Below, piece by piece: positions 11,359-23,627 of a stretch of DNA of 64,000 nucleotides. Under the pieces are notes generated by a model. That model made no database searches. It was not told the DNA's origin and was given only the letters and a program-made list of their open reading frames with translations. The stretch lies in the NCBI RefSeq assembly GCF_003019035.1, contig NZ_CP027447.1. The stretch is one strand, 5' to 3'. This DNA is from Escherichia coli (GTDB lineage Bacteria > Pseudomonadota > Gammaproteobacteria > Enterobacterales > Enterobacteriaceae). Position 1 is the stretch's first letter. The number at the start of each line of letters is the position of its first letter. The position numbers and the translations under genes are program-made.

Positions 11359-12897
11359 ATGGCAAGAGCTGTACACCGTAGTGGGTTAGTGGCGCTGGGC
11401 ATTGCGACAGCGTTGATGGCATCTTGTGCATTCGCTGCCAAAGATGTGGTGGTGGCGGTAGGATCGAACTTCACCACGCTCGATCCATATGACGCGAATG
11501 ACACGTTATCTCAGGCCGTAGCGAAATCGTTTTACCAGGGGCTGTTCGGTCTCGATAAAGAGATGAAACTGAAAAACGTGCTGGCGGAGAGCTATACCGT
11601 TTCCGATGACGGCCTTACTTACACCGTGAAACTGCGGGAAGGAATTAAATTCCAGGATGGCACCGATTTCAACGCAGCGGCGGTGAAAGCGAATCTGGAC
11701 CGGGCCAGCGATCCGGCGAATCATCTTAAACGCTATAACCTGTATAAGAATATTGCCAAAACGGAAGCGATCGATCCGACAACGGTAAAGATTACCCTCA
11801 AACAGCCGTTTTCAGCGTTTATTAATATTCTTGCCCATCCGGCGACCGCGATGATTTCACCGGCAGCGCTGGAAAAATATGGCAAGGATATTGGTTTTCA
11901 TCCGGTGGGAACCGGGCCGTATGAACTGGATACCTGGAATCAGACCGATTTTGTGAAAGTGAAAAAATTCGCGGGTTACTGGCAGCCAGGATTGCCCAAA
12001 CTGGACAGCATAACCTGGCGTCCGGTGGCGGATAACAACACCCGCGCGGCAATGCTACAAACCGGTGAAGCGCAGTTTGCTTTCCCCATTCCTTACGAGC
12101 AGGCCGCATTGCTGGAGAAAAACAAAAATATCGAGTTGATGGCCAGTCCGTCAATTATGCAGCGTTATATCAGTATGAACGTGACGCAAAAGCCGTTCGA
12201 TAACCCGAAGGTCCGTGAGGCGCTGAATTACGCCATTAACCGCCCGGCGCTGGTGAAAGTGGCCTTCGCGGGTTATGCAACGCCAGCTACTGGTGTGGTA
12301 CCGCCGAGTATCGCCTACGCGCAAAGTTATAAACCGTGGCCTTACGATCCGGCGAAAGCGCGCGAATTACTGAAAGAGGCGGGATATCCCAACGGTTTCA
12401 GTACCACGCTGTGGTCGTCACATAACCACAGCACTGCGCAGAAAGTGCTGCAATTTACCCAGCAGCAGTTAGCGCAGGTCGGGATTAAAGCCCAGGTGAC
12501 TGCGATGGATGCCGGACAGCGGGCGGCAGAAGTCGAAGGTAAAGGGCAAAAAGAGAGCGGCGTGCGGATGTTCTACACTGGCTGGTCGGCTTCAACCGGC
12601 GAAGCAGACTGGGCTCTATCGCCGCTGTTTGCCTCGCAGAACTGGCCACCGACGCTGTTTAATACCGCGTTTTACAGCAATAAACAGGTGGATGACTTCC
12701 TGGCTCAGGCATTGAAAACTAATGATCCGGCGGAAAAGACCCGTTTATATAAGGCGGCGCAGGATATCATCTGGCAAGAGTCGCCGTGGATCCCGCTGGT
12801 GGTAGAAAAACTGGTGTCGGCACACAGTAAAAACCTGACCGGTTTTTGGATCATGCCAGACACCGGCTTCAGCTTTGAAGACGCGGATTTGCAATAA
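11359..12897 (+). CDS. gsiB: Glutathione ABC transporter periplasmic binding protein
   Basis: Start at ATG 11359 ([26 protein letters not shown] signal peptide); family-5 solute-binding protein; 512 aa. Confidence 0.92.
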   Translation: MARAVHRSGLVALGIATALMASCAFAAKDVVVAVGSNFTTLDPYDANDTLSQAVAKSFYQGLFGLDKEMKLKNVLAESYTVSDDGLTYTVKLREGIKFQDGTDFNAAAVKANLDRASDPANHLKRYNLYKNIAKTEAIDPTTVKITLKQPFSAFINILAHPATAMISPAALEKYGKDIGFHPVGTGPYELDTWNQTDFVKVKKFAGYWQPGLPKLDSITWRPVADNNTRAAMLQTGEAQFAFPIPYEQAALLEKNKNIELMASPSIMQRYISMNVTQKPFDNPKVREALNYAINRPALVKVAFAGYATPATGVVPPSIAYAQSYKPWPYDPAKARELLKEAGYPNGFSTTLWSSHNHSTAQKVLQFTQQQLAQVGIKAQVTAMDAGQRAAEVEGKGQKESGVRMFYTGWSASTGEADWALSPLFASQNWPPTLFNTAFYSNKQVDDFLAQALKTNDPAEKTRLYKAAQDIIWQESPWIPLVVEKLVSAHSKNLTGFWIMPDTGFSFEDADLQ

Positions 12898-12914
12898 GCA
12901 ACGCAGGGAGTGGA

Positions 12915-13835
12915 ATGCTTAATTACGTTATCAAACGCTTGCTGGGGTTGATTCCGACGCTGTTTATCGTCTCGGTGCTGGTGTTTTTATTTGTCCATAT
13001 GCTGCCCGGCGATCCGGCGCGATTGATTGCCGGGCCCGAAGCTGATGCGCAGGTTATAGAACTGGTGCGTCAGCAGCTGGGGTTGGATCAGCCGCTGTAT
13101 CACCAGTTCTGGCACTATATCAGCAATGCTGTGCAGGGGGATTTTGGCCTGTCGATGGTGTCGCGTCGTCCGGTTGGCGATGAGATTGCCAGCCGCTTTA
13201 TGCCAACGCTGTGGCTGACCATAACCAGTATGGTCTGGGCGGTGATATTTGGTATGGCGGCGGGAATTATCGCCGCCGTCTGGCGTAATCGTTGGCCGGA
13301 TCGATTGAGTATGACCATTGCGGTGTCGGGGATCTCGTTTCCGGCATTTGCTCTGGGGATGCTTTTAATTCAGGTATTCTCCGTTGAACTGGGCTGGCTG
13401 CCTACCGTGGGAGCAGACAGTTGGCAGCACTACATTTTACCCTCCCTGACGCTCGGCGCGGCAGTGGCAGCCGTGATGGCGCGCTTTACCCGCGCATCGT
13501 TTGTCGACGTTTTAAGCGAAGATTATATGCGTACCGCGAGGGCGAAAGGGGTGAGCGAAACCTGGGTTGTCCTCAAGCACGGGCTACGCAACGCGATGAT
13601 CCCGGTAGTGACCATGATGGGCTTACAGTTTGGCTTTTTGCTCGGTGGTTCCATCGTGGTGGAGAAAGTTTTCAACTGGCCCGGACTTGGACGCTTACTC
13701 GTTGACTCCGTAGAAATGCGCGATTACCCGGTGATTCAGGCGGAAATTCTGCTTTTCTCGCTGGAATTTATTCTTATCAACTTAGTGGTGGATGTGCTTT
13801 ACGCCGCCATTAACCCGGCTATCAGGTACAAGTAA
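12915..13835 (+). CDS. gsiC: Glutathione ABC transporter permease
   Basis: 306-aa multi-TM ORF of the DppB/OppB type, in operon order after gsiB. Confidence 0.92.
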   Translation: MLNYVIKRLLGLIPTLFIVSVLVFLFVHMLPGDPARLIAGPEADAQVIELVRQQLGLDQPLYHQFWHYISNAVQGDFGLSMVSRRPVGDEIASRFMPTLWLTITSMVWAVIFGMAAGIIAAVWRNRWPDRLSMTIAVSGISFPAFALGMLLIQVFSVELGWLPTVGADSWQHYILPSLTLGAAVAAVMARFTRASFVDVLSEDYMRTARAKGVSETWVVLKHGLRNAMIPVVTMMGLQFGFLLGGSIVVEKVFNWPGLGRLLVDSVEMRDYPVIQAEILLFSLEFILINLVVDVLYAAINPAIRYK

Positions 13836-13837
13836 GG

Positions 13838-14749
13838 ATGCGACTATTTAACTGGCGACGTCAGGCGGTGTTAAACGCCATGCCACTGGTCAAACCTGAC
13901 CAGGTACGTACACCGTGGCATGAATTCTGGCGACGATTTCGCCGTCAGCATATGGCGATGACCGCCGCATTGTTCGTTATTTTATTGATTGTGGTGGCCA
14001 TTTTTGCACGCTGGATTGCTCCCTATGACGCCGAAAATTATTTTGATTATGACAATCTGAATAACGGACCTTCTTTGCAGCACTGGTTTGGCGTCGATTC
14101 ACTGGGGCGTGACATTTTCAGCCGTGTCCTGGTTGGTGCGCAAATCTCGCTGGCGGCGGGCGTGTTTGCCGTGTTTATCGGTGCGGCGATCGGGACGTTG
14201 CTGGGCTTGCTGGCTGGATATTATGAAGGCTGGTGGGATCGGCTGATCATGCGCATTTGCGATGTGCTGTTTGCCTTCCCGGGTATTTTACTGGCGATCG
14301 CTGTTGTTGCGGTGTTGGGAAGCGGCATTGCTAACGTGATTATCGCAGTCGCCATTTTTTCCATCCCCGCGTTTGCCCGACTGGTGCGCGGCAACACGCT
14401 GGTGTTGAAACAGCAAACCTTTATTGAGTCAGCACGCAGTATTGGTGCCAGCGATATGACCATTTTATTGCGTCATATCCTGCCTGGGACCGTCTCTTCT
14501 ATCGTGGTGTTTTTCACCATGCGCATTGGTACCTCGATTATCTCTGCCGCCAGCCTGTCATTTCTCGGCCTCGGTGCGCAGCCGCCGACACCAGAGTGGG
14601 GAGCAATGCTCAATGAGGCACGAGCGGATATGGTTATCGCGCCGCATGTCGCTGTTTTTCCGGCCCTGGCTATTTTTCTGACCGTACTGGCGTTCAATTT
14701 GTTGGGCGATGGTTTACGCGATGCGCTGGATCCGAAAATTAAAGGATAG
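13838..14749 (+). CDS. gsiD: Glutathione ABC transporter permease
   Basis: 303-aa multi-TM ORF of the DppC/OppC type. Confidence 0.92.
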   Translation: MRLFNWRRQAVLNAMPLVKPDQVRTPWHEFWRRFRRQHMAMTAALFVILLIVVAIFARWIAPYDAENYFDYDNLNNGPSLQHWFGVDSLGRDIFSRVLVGAQISLAAGVFAVFIGAAIGTLLGLLAGYYEGWWDRLIMRICDVLFAFPGILLAIAVVAVLGSGIANVIIAVAIFSIPAFARLVRGNTLVLKQQTFIESARSIGASDMTILLRHILPGTVSSIVVFFTMRIGTSIISAASLSFLGLGAQPPTPEWGAMLNEARADMVIAPHVAVFPALAIFLTVLAFNLLGDGLRDALDPKIKG

Positions 14750-14925
14750 TTACGTTTGAATATTGCTTGAAAGGGTAATCACCTCACAGGAAATTATTGC
14801 CCTAAGCAAGTGTTGTAACTTTCTGCTGATTTTGTAGAATCGGGTAATTTGGTTAAAAAGCCGCAGCAAGGGACTATTTTGCAGCGGCACAGCGTTCAGA
14901 CAGTTATTTTGTTAAATGTATTAAC

Positions 14926-17274
14926 ATGCTGAGTTTATACGAAAAGATAAAGATAAGGCTGATAATTTTATTTTTATTGGCAGCACTGTCATTTATTGGT
15001 CTTTTTTTCATCATTAACTATCAACTGGTATCGGAACGCGCGGTAAAACGTGCCGATAGCCGCTTTGAACTTATTCAGAAAAACGTTGGCTATTTCTTTA
15101 AAGATATTGAACGTTCGGCCCTGACATTAAAGGACTCACTGTATTTATTAAAAAATACAGAGGAGATTCAACGCGCCGTAATTCTGAAAATGGAAATGAT
15201 GCCATTTTTAGACTCGGTGGGACTGGTACTTGATGATAATAAATATTATCTCTTTTCGCGGAGGGCGAATGATAAAATCGTTGTTTATCATCAGGAACAA
15301 GTAAATGGACCGCTTGTCGACGAGTCAGGGCGGGTTATTTTTGCCGATTTTAACCCGTCGAAACGACCGTGGTCGGTGGCTTCAGATGACTCTAACAACA
15401 GCTGGAATCCGGCATACAATTGCTTTGATCGTCCGGGTAAAAAATGTATCTCTTTTACGCTACACATCAACGGCAAAGATCACGATTTGTTAGCGGTGGA
15501 TAAAATTCATGTCGATTTAAACTGGCGATATCTGAACGAGTATCTTGATCAAATCAGCGCTAATGATGAAGTTCTATTTTTAAAGCAAGGTCATGAGATC
15601 ATTGCTAAGAATCAACTCGCTCGTGAAAAATTGATTATTTATAATAGCGAAGGTAATTATAATATTATTGATTCTGTCGATACGGAATATATTGAAAAAA
15701 CATCAGCGGTGCCAAACAACGCATTATTCGAAATCTATTTTTATTATCCTGGTGGTAATTTATTGAACGCATCAGATAAACTTTTTTATCTGCCGTTTGC
15801 TTTCATTATTATCGTATTGCTGGTGGTTTATTTAATGACCACTCGTGTGTTCCGTCGGCAATTTTCTGAAATGACCGAGCTGGTTAATACGCTGGCGTTT
15901 TTGCCCGACTCAACGGATCAGATCGAGGCTCTGAAAATTCGCGAAGGCGATGCGAAAGAGATTATCAGCATCAAAAATTCGATCGCGGAAATGAAAGATG
16001 CCGAAATTGAACGGTCAAATAAATTGCTCTCACTGATCTCTTACGATCAGGAAAGCGGTTTTATTAAAAATATGGCGATTATTGAGTCCAACAATAATCA
16101 GTATCTGGCTGTGGGGATCATCAAACTGTGTGGTCTGGAAGCCGTGGAAGCGGTGTTTGGTGTTGATGAACGCAATAAAATCGTCAGGAAATTGTGTCAG
16201 CGAATTGCTGAGAAATATGCGCAATGCTGCGATATCGTGACATTTAATGCCGATCTTTATTTACTCCTGTGCCGGGAAAATGTACAGACGTTTACCCGTA
16301 AGATAGCGACGGTAAACGATTTTGACAGCAGTTTTGGCTACCGCAATCTGCGCATCCATAAGTCTGCTATTTGTGAACCTTTGCAGGGGGAAAACGCCTG
16401 GAGTTACGCAGAAAAGCTGAAACTGGCGATTTCCAGTATCCGCAACCATATGTTCTCAGAGTTTATTTTCTGTGATGATGCGAAACTCAACGAAATAGAA
16501 GAGAATATCTGGATTGCGCGTAATATTCGCCATGCAATGGAAATTGGCGAACTATTCCTGGTCTATCAACCGATTGTTGATATTAACACCCGCACCATTT
16601 TGGGCGCGGAGGCGTTGTGCCGTTGGGTGTCTGCGGAGCGGGGGATCATTTCACCGCTAAAGTTCATTACCATTGCTGAAGATATCGGGTTTATCAATGA
16701 GCTGGGTTATCAGATTATTAAAACGGCAATGGGTGAATTCAGACATTTTAGTCAGCGTGCGTCGCTGAAGGATGATTTCTTACTGCATATTAATGTTTCG
16801 CCCTGGCAGTTAAACGAACCACACTTTCATGAGCGTTTTACCACCATCATGGAAGAAAATGGCCTGAAGGCGAACAGCCTCTGTGTTGAGATCACTGAAA
16901 CCGTGATCGAGCGAATTAATGAACATTTTTATCTCAATATTGAACAACTGCGTAAACAAGGGGTACGGATATCGATTGATGACTTTGGCACCGGTTTGTC
17001 AAACCTGAAACGTTTTTATGAAATTAATCCAGATAGCATAAAAGTGGACTCGCAATTTACCGGCGATATTTTCGGTACTGCGGGAAAAATTGTGCGCATT
17101 ATTTTCGATCTGGCACGCTATAACCGGATCCCGGTGATTGCGGAAGGCGTAGAGAGCGAAGACGTTGCGCGTGAATTAATCAAATTAGGATGTGTTCAGG
17201 CTCAGGGGTATCTGTACCAGAAACCCATGCCGTTCTCCGCCTGGGATAAAAGTGGAAAATTAGTAAAAGAGTAG
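14926..17274 (+). CDS. pdeI: c-di-GMP phosphodiesterase (EAL domain with N-terminal membrane/periplasmic sensor region)
   Basis: 782-aa ORF; C-terminal EAL-domain motifs (EALCRW, DDFGTG); matches recalled YliE/PdeI. Confidence 0.9.
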   Translation: MLSLYEKIKIRLIILFLLAALSFIGLFFIINYQLVSERAVKRADSRFELIQKNVGYFFKDIERSALTLKDSLYLLKNTEEIQRAVILKMEMMPFLDSVGLVLDDNKYYLFSRRANDKIVVYHQEQVNGPLVDESGRVIFADFNPSKRPWSVASDDSNNSWNPAYNCFDRPGKKCISFTLHINGKDHDLLAVDKIHVDLNWRYLNEYLDQISANDEVLFLKQGHEIIAKNQLAREKLIIYNSEGNYNIIDSVDTEYIEKTSAVPNNALFEIYFYYPGGNLLNASDKLFYLPFAFIIIVLLVVYLMTTRVFRRQFSEMTELVNTLAFLPDSTDQIEALKIREGDAKEIISIKNSIAEMKDAEIERSNKLLSLISYDQESGFIKNMAIIESNNNQYLAVGIIKLCGLEAVEAVFGVDERNKIVRKLCQRIAEKYAQCCDIVTFNADLYLLLCRENVQTFTRKIATVNDFDSSFGYRNLRIHKSAICEPLQGENAWSYAEKLKLAISSIRNHMFSEFIFCDDAKLNEIEENIWIARNIRHAMEIGELFLVYQPIVDINTRTILGAEALCRWVSAERGIISPLKFITIAEDIGFINELGYQIIKTAMGEFRHFSQRASLKDDFLLHINVSPWQLNEPHFHERFTTIMEENGLKANSLCVEITETVIERINEHFYLNIEQLRKQGVRISIDDFGTGLSNLKRFYEINPDSIKVDSQFTGDIFGTAGKIVRIIFDLARYNRIPVIAEGVESEDVARELIKLGCVQAQGYLYQKPMPFSAWDKSGKLVKE

Positions 17275-17281
17275 TGTACGT

Positions 17282-18610
17282 ATGTCCAGAATCAATAAAT
17301 TCGTACTTACAGTCAGTCTGCTGATTTTTATCATGATTTCAGCAGTTGCCTGCGGGATCTACACTCAAATGGTAAAGGAACGGGTGTATGGCCTGAAACA
17401 GTCCGTTATTGATACTGCTTTTGCGGTGGCAAATATTGCTGAATATCGGCGTAGTGTGGCAATTGATCTGATCAACACGCTAAATCCTACGGAGGAACAG
17501 CTGTTGGTTGGCTTACGCACAGCTTACGCCGACTCGCTTTCACCCTCTTATTTGTACGATGTCGGTCCTTATCTGATTTCCAGTGACGAATGTATTCAGG
17601 TAAAGGAGTTCGAGAAAAATTATTGTGCAGATATTATGCAGGTTGTTAAGTATCGACATGTCAAAAATACAGGGTTTATCTCTTTTGATGGTAAAACCTT
17701 CGTCTATTACCTCTATCCGGTAACTCACAATCGTAGTCTGATATTTTTGCTTGGTCTGGAACGTTTTTCTTTACTGTCAAAATCGCTGGCGATGGATAGC
17801 GAGAACCTGATGTTCTCCCTGTTCAAGAACGGTAAATCGGTGACCGGTGATGAATATAACGCTAAAAACGCCATCTTCACCGTTTCGGAAGCGATGGAGC
17901 ACTTCGCCTATTTGCCGACCGGATTGTACGTATTTGCGTATAAAAAAGACGTTTATTTTCAGGTATGTATGTTGATTATTTTCTTTGCTGCATTGGTGGC
18001 AGTGATATCGGGTGCTAGCTGCCTTTATCTGGTACGCAGAGTGATTAATCGTGGCATTGTGGAGAAAGAAGCCATTATTAATAACCATTTTGAACGCGTC
18101 CTGGACGGTGGGCTTTTCTTTTCGGCTGCCGATGTCAAAAAACTCTACAGTCTGTATAACTCGGCGTTCCTGGATGACCTGACCAAAGCGATGGGCAGAA
18201 AATCCTTTGACGAAGATTTAAAAGCCCTGCCGGAAAAAGGCGGTTATTTGTGCCTGTTTGACGTCGATAAATTCAAAAACATTAACGACACCTTCGGTCA
18301 TTTGCTGGGCGATGAAGTGTTGATGAAAGTGGTGAAAATCCTTAAATCACAGATCCCCGTAGATAAAGGTAAAGTCTACCGCTTCGGTGGTGACGAATTT
18401 GCGGTGATTTATACGGGTGGAACGCTGGAAGAGTTGCTATCGATTCTAAAAGAAATCGTTCATTTCCAGGTGGGAAGCATTAATTTAAGTACCAGTATCG
18501 GTGTAGCGCATTCAAATGAATGTCCTACCGTCGAACGCTTGAAAATGCTGGCGGATGAGCGGCTGTATAAGAGTAAGAAAAACGGCAGGGCGCAGATTAG
18601 CTGGCAGTAG
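17282..18610 (+). CDS. dgcI: Diguanylate cyclase (GGDEF)
   Basis: 442-aa ORF; GGDEF active-site motif present (RFGGDEFAV); matches recalled YliF/DgcI. Confidence 0.9.
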   Translation: MSRINKFVLTVSLLIFIMISAVACGIYTQMVKERVYGLKQSVIDTAFAVANIAEYRRSVAIDLINTLNPTEEQLLVGLRTAYADSLSPSYLYDVGPYLISSDECIQVKEFEKNYCADIMQVVKYRHVKNTGFISFDGKTFVYYLYPVTHNRSLIFLLGLERFSLLSKSLAMDSENLMFSLFKNGKSVTGDEYNAKNAIFTVSEAMEHFAYLPTGLYVFAYKKDVYFQVCMLIIFFAALVAVISGASCLYLVRRVINRGIVEKEAIINNHFERVLDGGLFFSAADVKKLYSLYNSAFLDDLTKAMGRKSFDEDLKALPEKGGYLCLFDVDKFKNINDTFGHLLGDEVLMKVVKILKSQIPVDKGKVYRFGGDEFAVIYTGGTLEELLSILKEIVHFQVGSINLSTSIGVAHSNECPTVERLKMLADERLYKSKKNGRAQISWQ

Positions 18611-18623
18611 AATTAGAATAGTG

Positions 18624-18651
18624 TTAGTACCCCTTAATCAAGGGGTACTAA
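18624..18651. terminator. Perfect inverted repeat between convergent dgcI and antitoxin gene (possible bidirectional terminator; no clear U-tract)
   Basis: ttagtacccctt-aatc-aaggggtactaa read directly. Confidence 0.4.
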
Positions 18652-18679
18652 TGAATGTGGTAAATCATTTGCAAACATT

Positions 18680-19009
18680 TTACTTTGCAAAAACTTCCGG
18701 CCCTTTTATTGCCAATGTATTCAAAATACGTAATGCCGGGCCGCTCGGTTTTATTTCATTACGTTCCCATTTCGAGACACTTTCTTTTGACATTCCCATT
18801 GTATGTGCCAGCACGGATTGTGACATGCCGTATCGGGTGCGGATGGCTTTGATCTCTTCACCCGTCATTGATTTGACTTTGGCTATACGGGCGCTGACTT
18901 CACGAGCTTTGACCATGACGGCAATGGCATCAACTTCACTATCAGACATCAGGCCCAGTGCATTCAGTTCCTTTGCATCTTCCAGCATCATTTGTAATTT
19001 ATCGCTCAT
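18680..19009 (-). CDS. HTH (XRE-family) antitoxin, HigA-like
   Basis: 109-aa ORF; C-terminal helix-turn-helix (GMSQSVLAHTMGMSKESVSKWE); overlaps the 3' end of the upstream toxin ORF by 11 nt. Confidence 0.75.
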   Translation of the reverse strand: MSDKLQMMLEDAKELNALGLMSDSEVDAIAVMVKAREVSARIAKVKSMTGEEIKAIRTRYGMSQSVLAHTMGMSKESVSKWERNEIKPSGPALRILNTLAIKGPEVFAK

Positions 19010-19385
19010 TTTTCACCTCAATCAAAAAGCCAGTTTCGATCAAATCCTCTATTTGCTTATTGCTAAAGGCCAGAAATGCATTTGCCATTTTTTTGTAGGC
19101 CGCCAGTTCATCATCTTCGATTTCTTTGGTTCCTTTACTGCTTAGACCACTCTTGGACCAACCATCATAAAAAAACACATGATTTGCTGATTTAAAAAAG
19201 ATAATTGTTCTGGCTCCACCACTCTTTCCTTGTTGGAGGGGTAAACGTTTTTTGATGACACCGCTACCTAAATCAGCCTCCCATATGCCCTGCATCACTT
19301 CTTCAGCGGCAGCCATGAGAACTTTATCGTGAATACCAAGTTTTTTCGTGCTTTGGCTGAATCGTCTTGCCTTATACACACCCAT
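18999..19385 (-). CDS. RelE/ParE-superfamily toxin, HigB-like (toxin-first gene order)
   Basis: 128-aa ORF; KSGGARTIIFF segment resembles HigB/RelE-type killer proteins; paired with the downstream XRE antitoxin. Confidence 0.7.
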   Translation of the reverse strand: MGVYKARRFSQSTKKLGIHDKVLMAAAEEVMQGIWEADLGSGVIKKRLPLQQGKSGGARTIIFFKSANHVFFYDGWSKSGLSSKGTKEIEDDELAAYKKMANAFLAFSNKQIEDLIETGFLIEVKNER

Positions 19386-19399
19386 ACATCCATCCTTGT

Positions 19400-19427
19400 G
19401 GTAATGTTTACTATAGTAACCATTACG
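19400..19427. promoter_or_regulatory. Near-perfect ~28-bp palindrome upstream of the toxin gene (putative autoregulatory operator)
   Basis: ggtaatgtttactatagtaaccattacg; contains the perfect 12-bp palindrome TTACTATAGTAA; 15 bp upstream of the toxin start. Confidence 0.5.
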
Positions 19428-19610
19428 CTTATTTCAAGTAATTGCGATCAAAACTTTAATTTGGTGTGAAAAAGTGAGAGTTGCCTCGAGTACGATACAT
19501 TTTTCTCGATTTATGCGTCAGGGGATTTTGTGCGTAAGGGTAGGACATCGGGAAGGGTAGCAGAGGCAGATCGAAGAACAATATCCTTGTTAGATCTGCC
19601 TTTAAATTAA

Positions 19611-20936
19611 TTAAACCCGGCTACCCCACAAATCGTACTCATCGGCGTGCTCGACTTTCACACGCAGGATATCACCCGGCTTAACGTTGGTTTCACCATT
19701 GAGATAAACCGCGCCGTCGATTTCCGGTGCATCTGCCATGCTGCGACCAATCGCGCCTTCTTCGTCCACTTCGTCGATAATCACCAGAATTTCACGGCCC
19801 ACTTTCTCTTGCAGGCGCTCGGCGGAAATTTGCTGCTGCAACTGCATGAAACGGTTCCAGCGTTCTTCTTTCACTTCTTCCGGAACCTGGTCAGGCAGGG
19901 CATTGGCGTCTGCACCTTCAACCGGGCTGTATTTAAAGCAGCCAACGCGATCCAGACGTGCTTCTTTCAGGAAGTCGAGTAGCATCTGGAAATCTTCTTC
20001 CGTCTCGCCAGGGAAGCCAACAATAAAGGTTGAGCGTAGGGTCAGTTCCGGGCAGATTTCGCGCCACTGTTTAATGCGCGCCAGTTGGCGATCTACAGAA
20101 CCCGGACGTTTCATCAGTTTGAGAATGCGCGGGCTGGCGTGCTGCAGCGGAATGTCCAGATAGGGCAGGATTTTGCCTTCTGCCATCAGTGGGATGACGT
20201 CGTCCACATGCGGATAAGGGTAAACGTAGTGCAGACGTGTCCAGATCCCCAGTTTCGATAACTGTTCGCACAGGCTGACCATGCTGGTTTTTACCGGCTC
20301 GCCGTTGTGGAAGCCAGTACGATGTTTAACATCAACGCCATAGGCGGAAGTATCCTGCGAGATCACCAGAATCTCTTTAACGCCCGCATCAACCAGACGT
20401 TTCGCTTCACTTAACACTTCGCCAATCGGACGGCTCACCAGGTCGCCGCGCATAGACGGAATAATGCAGAAGGTGCAGCGGTGATTACAGCCTTCAGAAA
20501 TTTTCAGATAGGCATAATGACGCGGCGTCAGTTTCACGCCTTGTTCTGGCACCAGGCTCAGGAATGGGTTGTGTTTCGGTTTTGGCACGTAGTGATGAAC
20601 GTGCTCCAGAACCTGCTCATAGCTATGAGGCCCGGTGATTTCCAGCACTTTCGGGTGGACTTCGCGGATCTGATCTTCTTTTGCCCCCAGACAACCGGTC
20701 ACAATTACCTTGCCGTTTTCATTCAACGCTTCACCAATGGCTTCCAGTGATTCTTGTACCGCGCTGTCAATAAAGCCGCAGGTGTTGACGATCACCATGT
20801 CCGCATCGTCATAGCTCGGTACCACGTCATAACCTTCAGTGCGTAGTTCGGTGAGAATACGCTCTGAATCGACAAGGTTTTTCGGACAGCCAAGGGAAAC
20901 AAAGCCGATTTTCGGCTGGGGAGTTACTTTGCTCAT
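19611..20936 (-). CDS. rimO: Ribosomal protein S12 methylthiotransferase (radical SAM)
   Basis: 441-aa ORF; radical-SAM CxxxCxxC (CNHRCTFC) and MiaB-like layout. Confidence 0.93.
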
Positions 20937-21148
20937 AGATTAAAAAATATTCAGTTACAGGAAAGGTCAGGGCAGGGATTCTACAGAGTTCTGGATAAAA
21001 TTTGTATCGCAATCTCATACGCTGGCGGAGGCGAAGGAAATGTAAATTTTGTTAATTCGGCGTGAAGAATTGATCCTGGACAGCATTTTGCTCAAAAAAT
21101 AGCCATACTATTTAATTGCAACAAGGCTGGAAAGAGGAGGATCGAAGT

Positions 21149-21532
21149 ATGTTCGTTGACAGACAGCGAATCGATCTGCTGAACCGGTTGATCGACGCAC
21201 GCGTTGACCTCGCCGCATACGTGCAACTGAGGAAGGCAAAAGGATACATGTCCGTCAGCGAAAGCAATCATCTACGAGATAACTTTTTTAAACTGAATCG
21301 CGAACTGCACGATAAATCGCTGCGGTTGAATCTTCATCTGGATCAGGAAGAGTGGAGTGCTCTTCATCATGCTGAAGAAGCATTAGCGACAGCCGCAGTA
21401 TGTTTGATGAGTGGGCACCATGATTGCCCGACTGTTATTACCGTCAACGCCGATAAGCTTGAAAATTGTCTGATGAGCTTAACGCTGAGTATCCAGAGCC
21501 TGCAGAAGCACGCCATGCTTGAGAAGGCCTGA
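21149..21532 (+). CDS. bssR: Biofilm regulator BssR
   Basis: Start at MFVDRQRIDLL gives 127 aa, matching recalled BssR. Confidence 0.88.
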   Translation: MFVDRQRIDLLNRLIDARVDLAAYVQLRKAKGYMSVSESNHLRDNFFKLNRELHDKSLRLNLHLDQEEWSALHHAEEALATAAVCLMSGHHDCPTVITVNADKLENCLMSLTLSIQSLQKHAMLEKA

Positions 21533-21537
21533 AAACT

Positions 21538-21575
21538 AAGGGGGAGAAAGCGTCTCCCCCTTCATGTTTAAGTTT
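21538..21575 (+). terminator. Rho-independent terminator after bssR
   Basis: GC stem aagggggaga-aagc-gtctccccctt followed by a T-rich tract (catgtttaagtttttg). Confidence 0.65.
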
Positions 21576-21642
21576 TTGTAAAAATGAATTTGTTATCTCC
21601 TCCACTGACTACGCTTTAAGCCAGAGTCAATCCGGAGGCGTT

Positions 21643-22758
21643 ATGCATCGACAATCCTTTTTCCTTGTGCCCCTTATTTGTCTTTCTTCCGCTCTCTGGG
21701 CGGCTCCTGCAACGGTAAATGTCGAAGTACTGCAAGACAAACTCGACCATCCCTGGGCGCTGGCCTTTTTACCCGACAATCACGGTATGTTAATCACTCT
21801 GCGCGGCGGCGAGTTGCGTCACTGGCAAGCAGGAAAAGGATTATCTGCGCCGCTTTCCGGAGTGCCGGAAGTTTGGGCGCACGGGCAGGGTGGCCTGCTG
21901 GATGTGGTTTTAGCGCCTGATTTTGCTCAGTCTCGCCGCATCTGGTTAAGTTATTCCGAAGTTGGCGATGATGGCAAAGCCGGAACTGCTGTGGGTTATG
22001 GCCGCTTAAGTGATGATCTCTCAAAGGTGACCGACTTCCGCACCGTCTTTCGCCAGATGCCAAAACTGTCTACCGGCAACCATTTTGGCGGGCGGCTGGT
22101 ATTCGACGGTAAAGGTTATCTTTTTATTGCTCTGGGCGAAAACAATCAGCGCCCGACGGCGCAGGATCTGGATAAATTACAGGGCAAACTGGTGCGTCTG
22201 ACCGACCAGGGCGAAATCCCGGATGATAATCCTTTTATAAAGGAATCCGGTGCACGCGCCGAGATCTGGTCTTATGGCATTCGTAATCCGCAAGGAATGG
22301 CGATGAATCCGTGGAGTAATGCACTATGGCTGAATGAACATGGCCCGCGCGGTGGCGATGAAATTAATATCCCGCAAAAAGGCAAAAACTACGGCTGGCC
22401 GCTGGCAACCTGGGGAATCAACTATTCGGGCTTTAAAATACCGGAAGCGAAAGGGGAGATCGTCGCCGGGACCGAGCAACCTGTTTTTTACTGGAAAGAT
22501 TCGCCCGCCGTGAGCGGCATGGCCTTCTATAACAGCGATAAATTCCCCCAGTGGCAGCAAAAATTATTTATTGGCGCGCTGAAAGATAAAGATGTCATTG
22601 TGATGAGCGTCAACGGCGACAAAGTGACAGAAGATGGCCGTATTTTAACGGACAGAGGGCAGCGAATTCGTGATGTTCGCACTGGACCCGACGGTTATTT
22701 ATACGTTCTCACCGACGAGTCCAGTGGGGAATTACTTAAAGTTAGCCCACGCAATTAG
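21643..22758 (+). CDS. yliI: Soluble aldose sugar dehydrogenase (PQQ-dependent beta-propeller)
   Basis: 371-aa ORF with signal peptide; matches recalled YliI. Confidence 0.9.
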   Translation: MHRQSFFLVPLICLSSALWAAPATVNVEVLQDKLDHPWALAFLPDNHGMLITLRGGELRHWQAGKGLSAPLSGVPEVWAHGQGGLLDVVLAPDFAQSRRIWLSYSEVGDDGKAGTAVGYGRLSDDLSKVTDFRTVFRQMPKLSTGNHFGGRLVFDGKGYLFIALGENNQRPTAQDLDKLQGKLVRLTDQGEIPDDNPFIKESGARAEIWSYGIRNPQGMAMNPWSNALWLNEHGPRGGDEINIPQKGKNYGWPLATWGINYSGFKIPEAKGEIVAGTEQPVFYWKDSPAVSGMAFYNSDKFPQWQQKLFIGALKDKDVIVMSVNGDKVTEDGRILTDRGQRIRDVRTGPDGYLYVLTDESSGELLKVSPRN

Positions 22759-23381
22759 CTAACGGGAATCATCACCACTTTGCGCACTGCGGGGCGTTCA
22801 GTGAGTTGCTGATACCAGCGTTGCAGATTTGGACGCGGTGTCCAGGTCAGGCCAACGTTAAACAAATTGTAGATGAACGGTGCGATAGCGATATCGCCCA
22901 CACCAAACTCGTTGCCGGAGAACCATTTTACTTTTGCCAGTTCCGCATCGAGCAGGGCAAACAGGGCGTCGCACTCTTTACAACTGGCATCAATGGCGGC
23001 CTGATCGCGCTCTTCCGGTGGTGTTCTGACTAATCCCATCAGGATCCCGCGATGAGCATTACTGAGCGTCTGGTTTGCCCAGTCCATCCATTTTTCTGCT
23101 TCCGCACGACGTGCCGGTGAGTCGATCCACAGGCGTTTTTGCCCGTACTGTGCCGCCAGATAGCGGACAATGGTGTTTGATTCCCAAAGAATGAGATCAC
23201 TTTCGTCGTCACGCAACAACGGCACCAGCCCGTTAGGGTTCATCGCCAGAAAATCAGCATCGTGATTTATCCCAAACTCACGGCCCGCGAGAATTTGCTC
23301 ATAAGGTAGTTCCAGTTCTTCGAGCGTCAGCAATACTTTTTTTACGTTGGTTGAATTATTCCGACCCCACAGCGTAATCAT
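22755..23381 (-). CDS. gstB: Glutathione S-transferase
   Basis: Start at [12 protein letters not shown] gives 208 aa; GST N- and C-domains. Confidence 0.9.
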   Translation of the reverse strand: MITLWGRNNSTNVKKVLLTLEELELPYEQILAGREFGINHDADFLAMNPNGLVPLLRDDESDLILWESNTIVRYLAAQYGQKRLWIDSPARRAEAEKWMDWANQTLSNAHRGILMGLVRTPPEERDQAAIDASCKECDALFALLDAELAKVKWFSGNEFGVGDIAIAPFIYNLFNVGLTWTPRPNLQRWYQQLTERPAVRKVVMIPVS

Positions 23382-23627
23382 ACTCACCCCTTTTCCGACA
23401 GGCAGCCACAGGCTGAACAGGACTCCGATGGTGAAGTAAAGTTAACTTTTAAGCAACAGCTGGCAAAAAAATGACACCAGAAGCAGCGAAGCGGCAGGAT
23501 ATTGCATAAACTTTAAAAACTTTACCAACTTACGGTTTCTTTAAGTTTGTGTGTGCGTTATTAATCACCGAACTTATCATACGGCGATATAACGTATTTT
23601 TTTTGAATGGATACTCGGGTGGCATTT

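Noticed and set aside
14926-18610. Adjacent EAL phosphodiesterase (pdeI) and GGDEF cyclase (dgcI) as a possible novel signalling module
   Set aside because: This pairing is the known conserved E. coli yliE-yliF arrangement; nothing unusual seen in the sequence.
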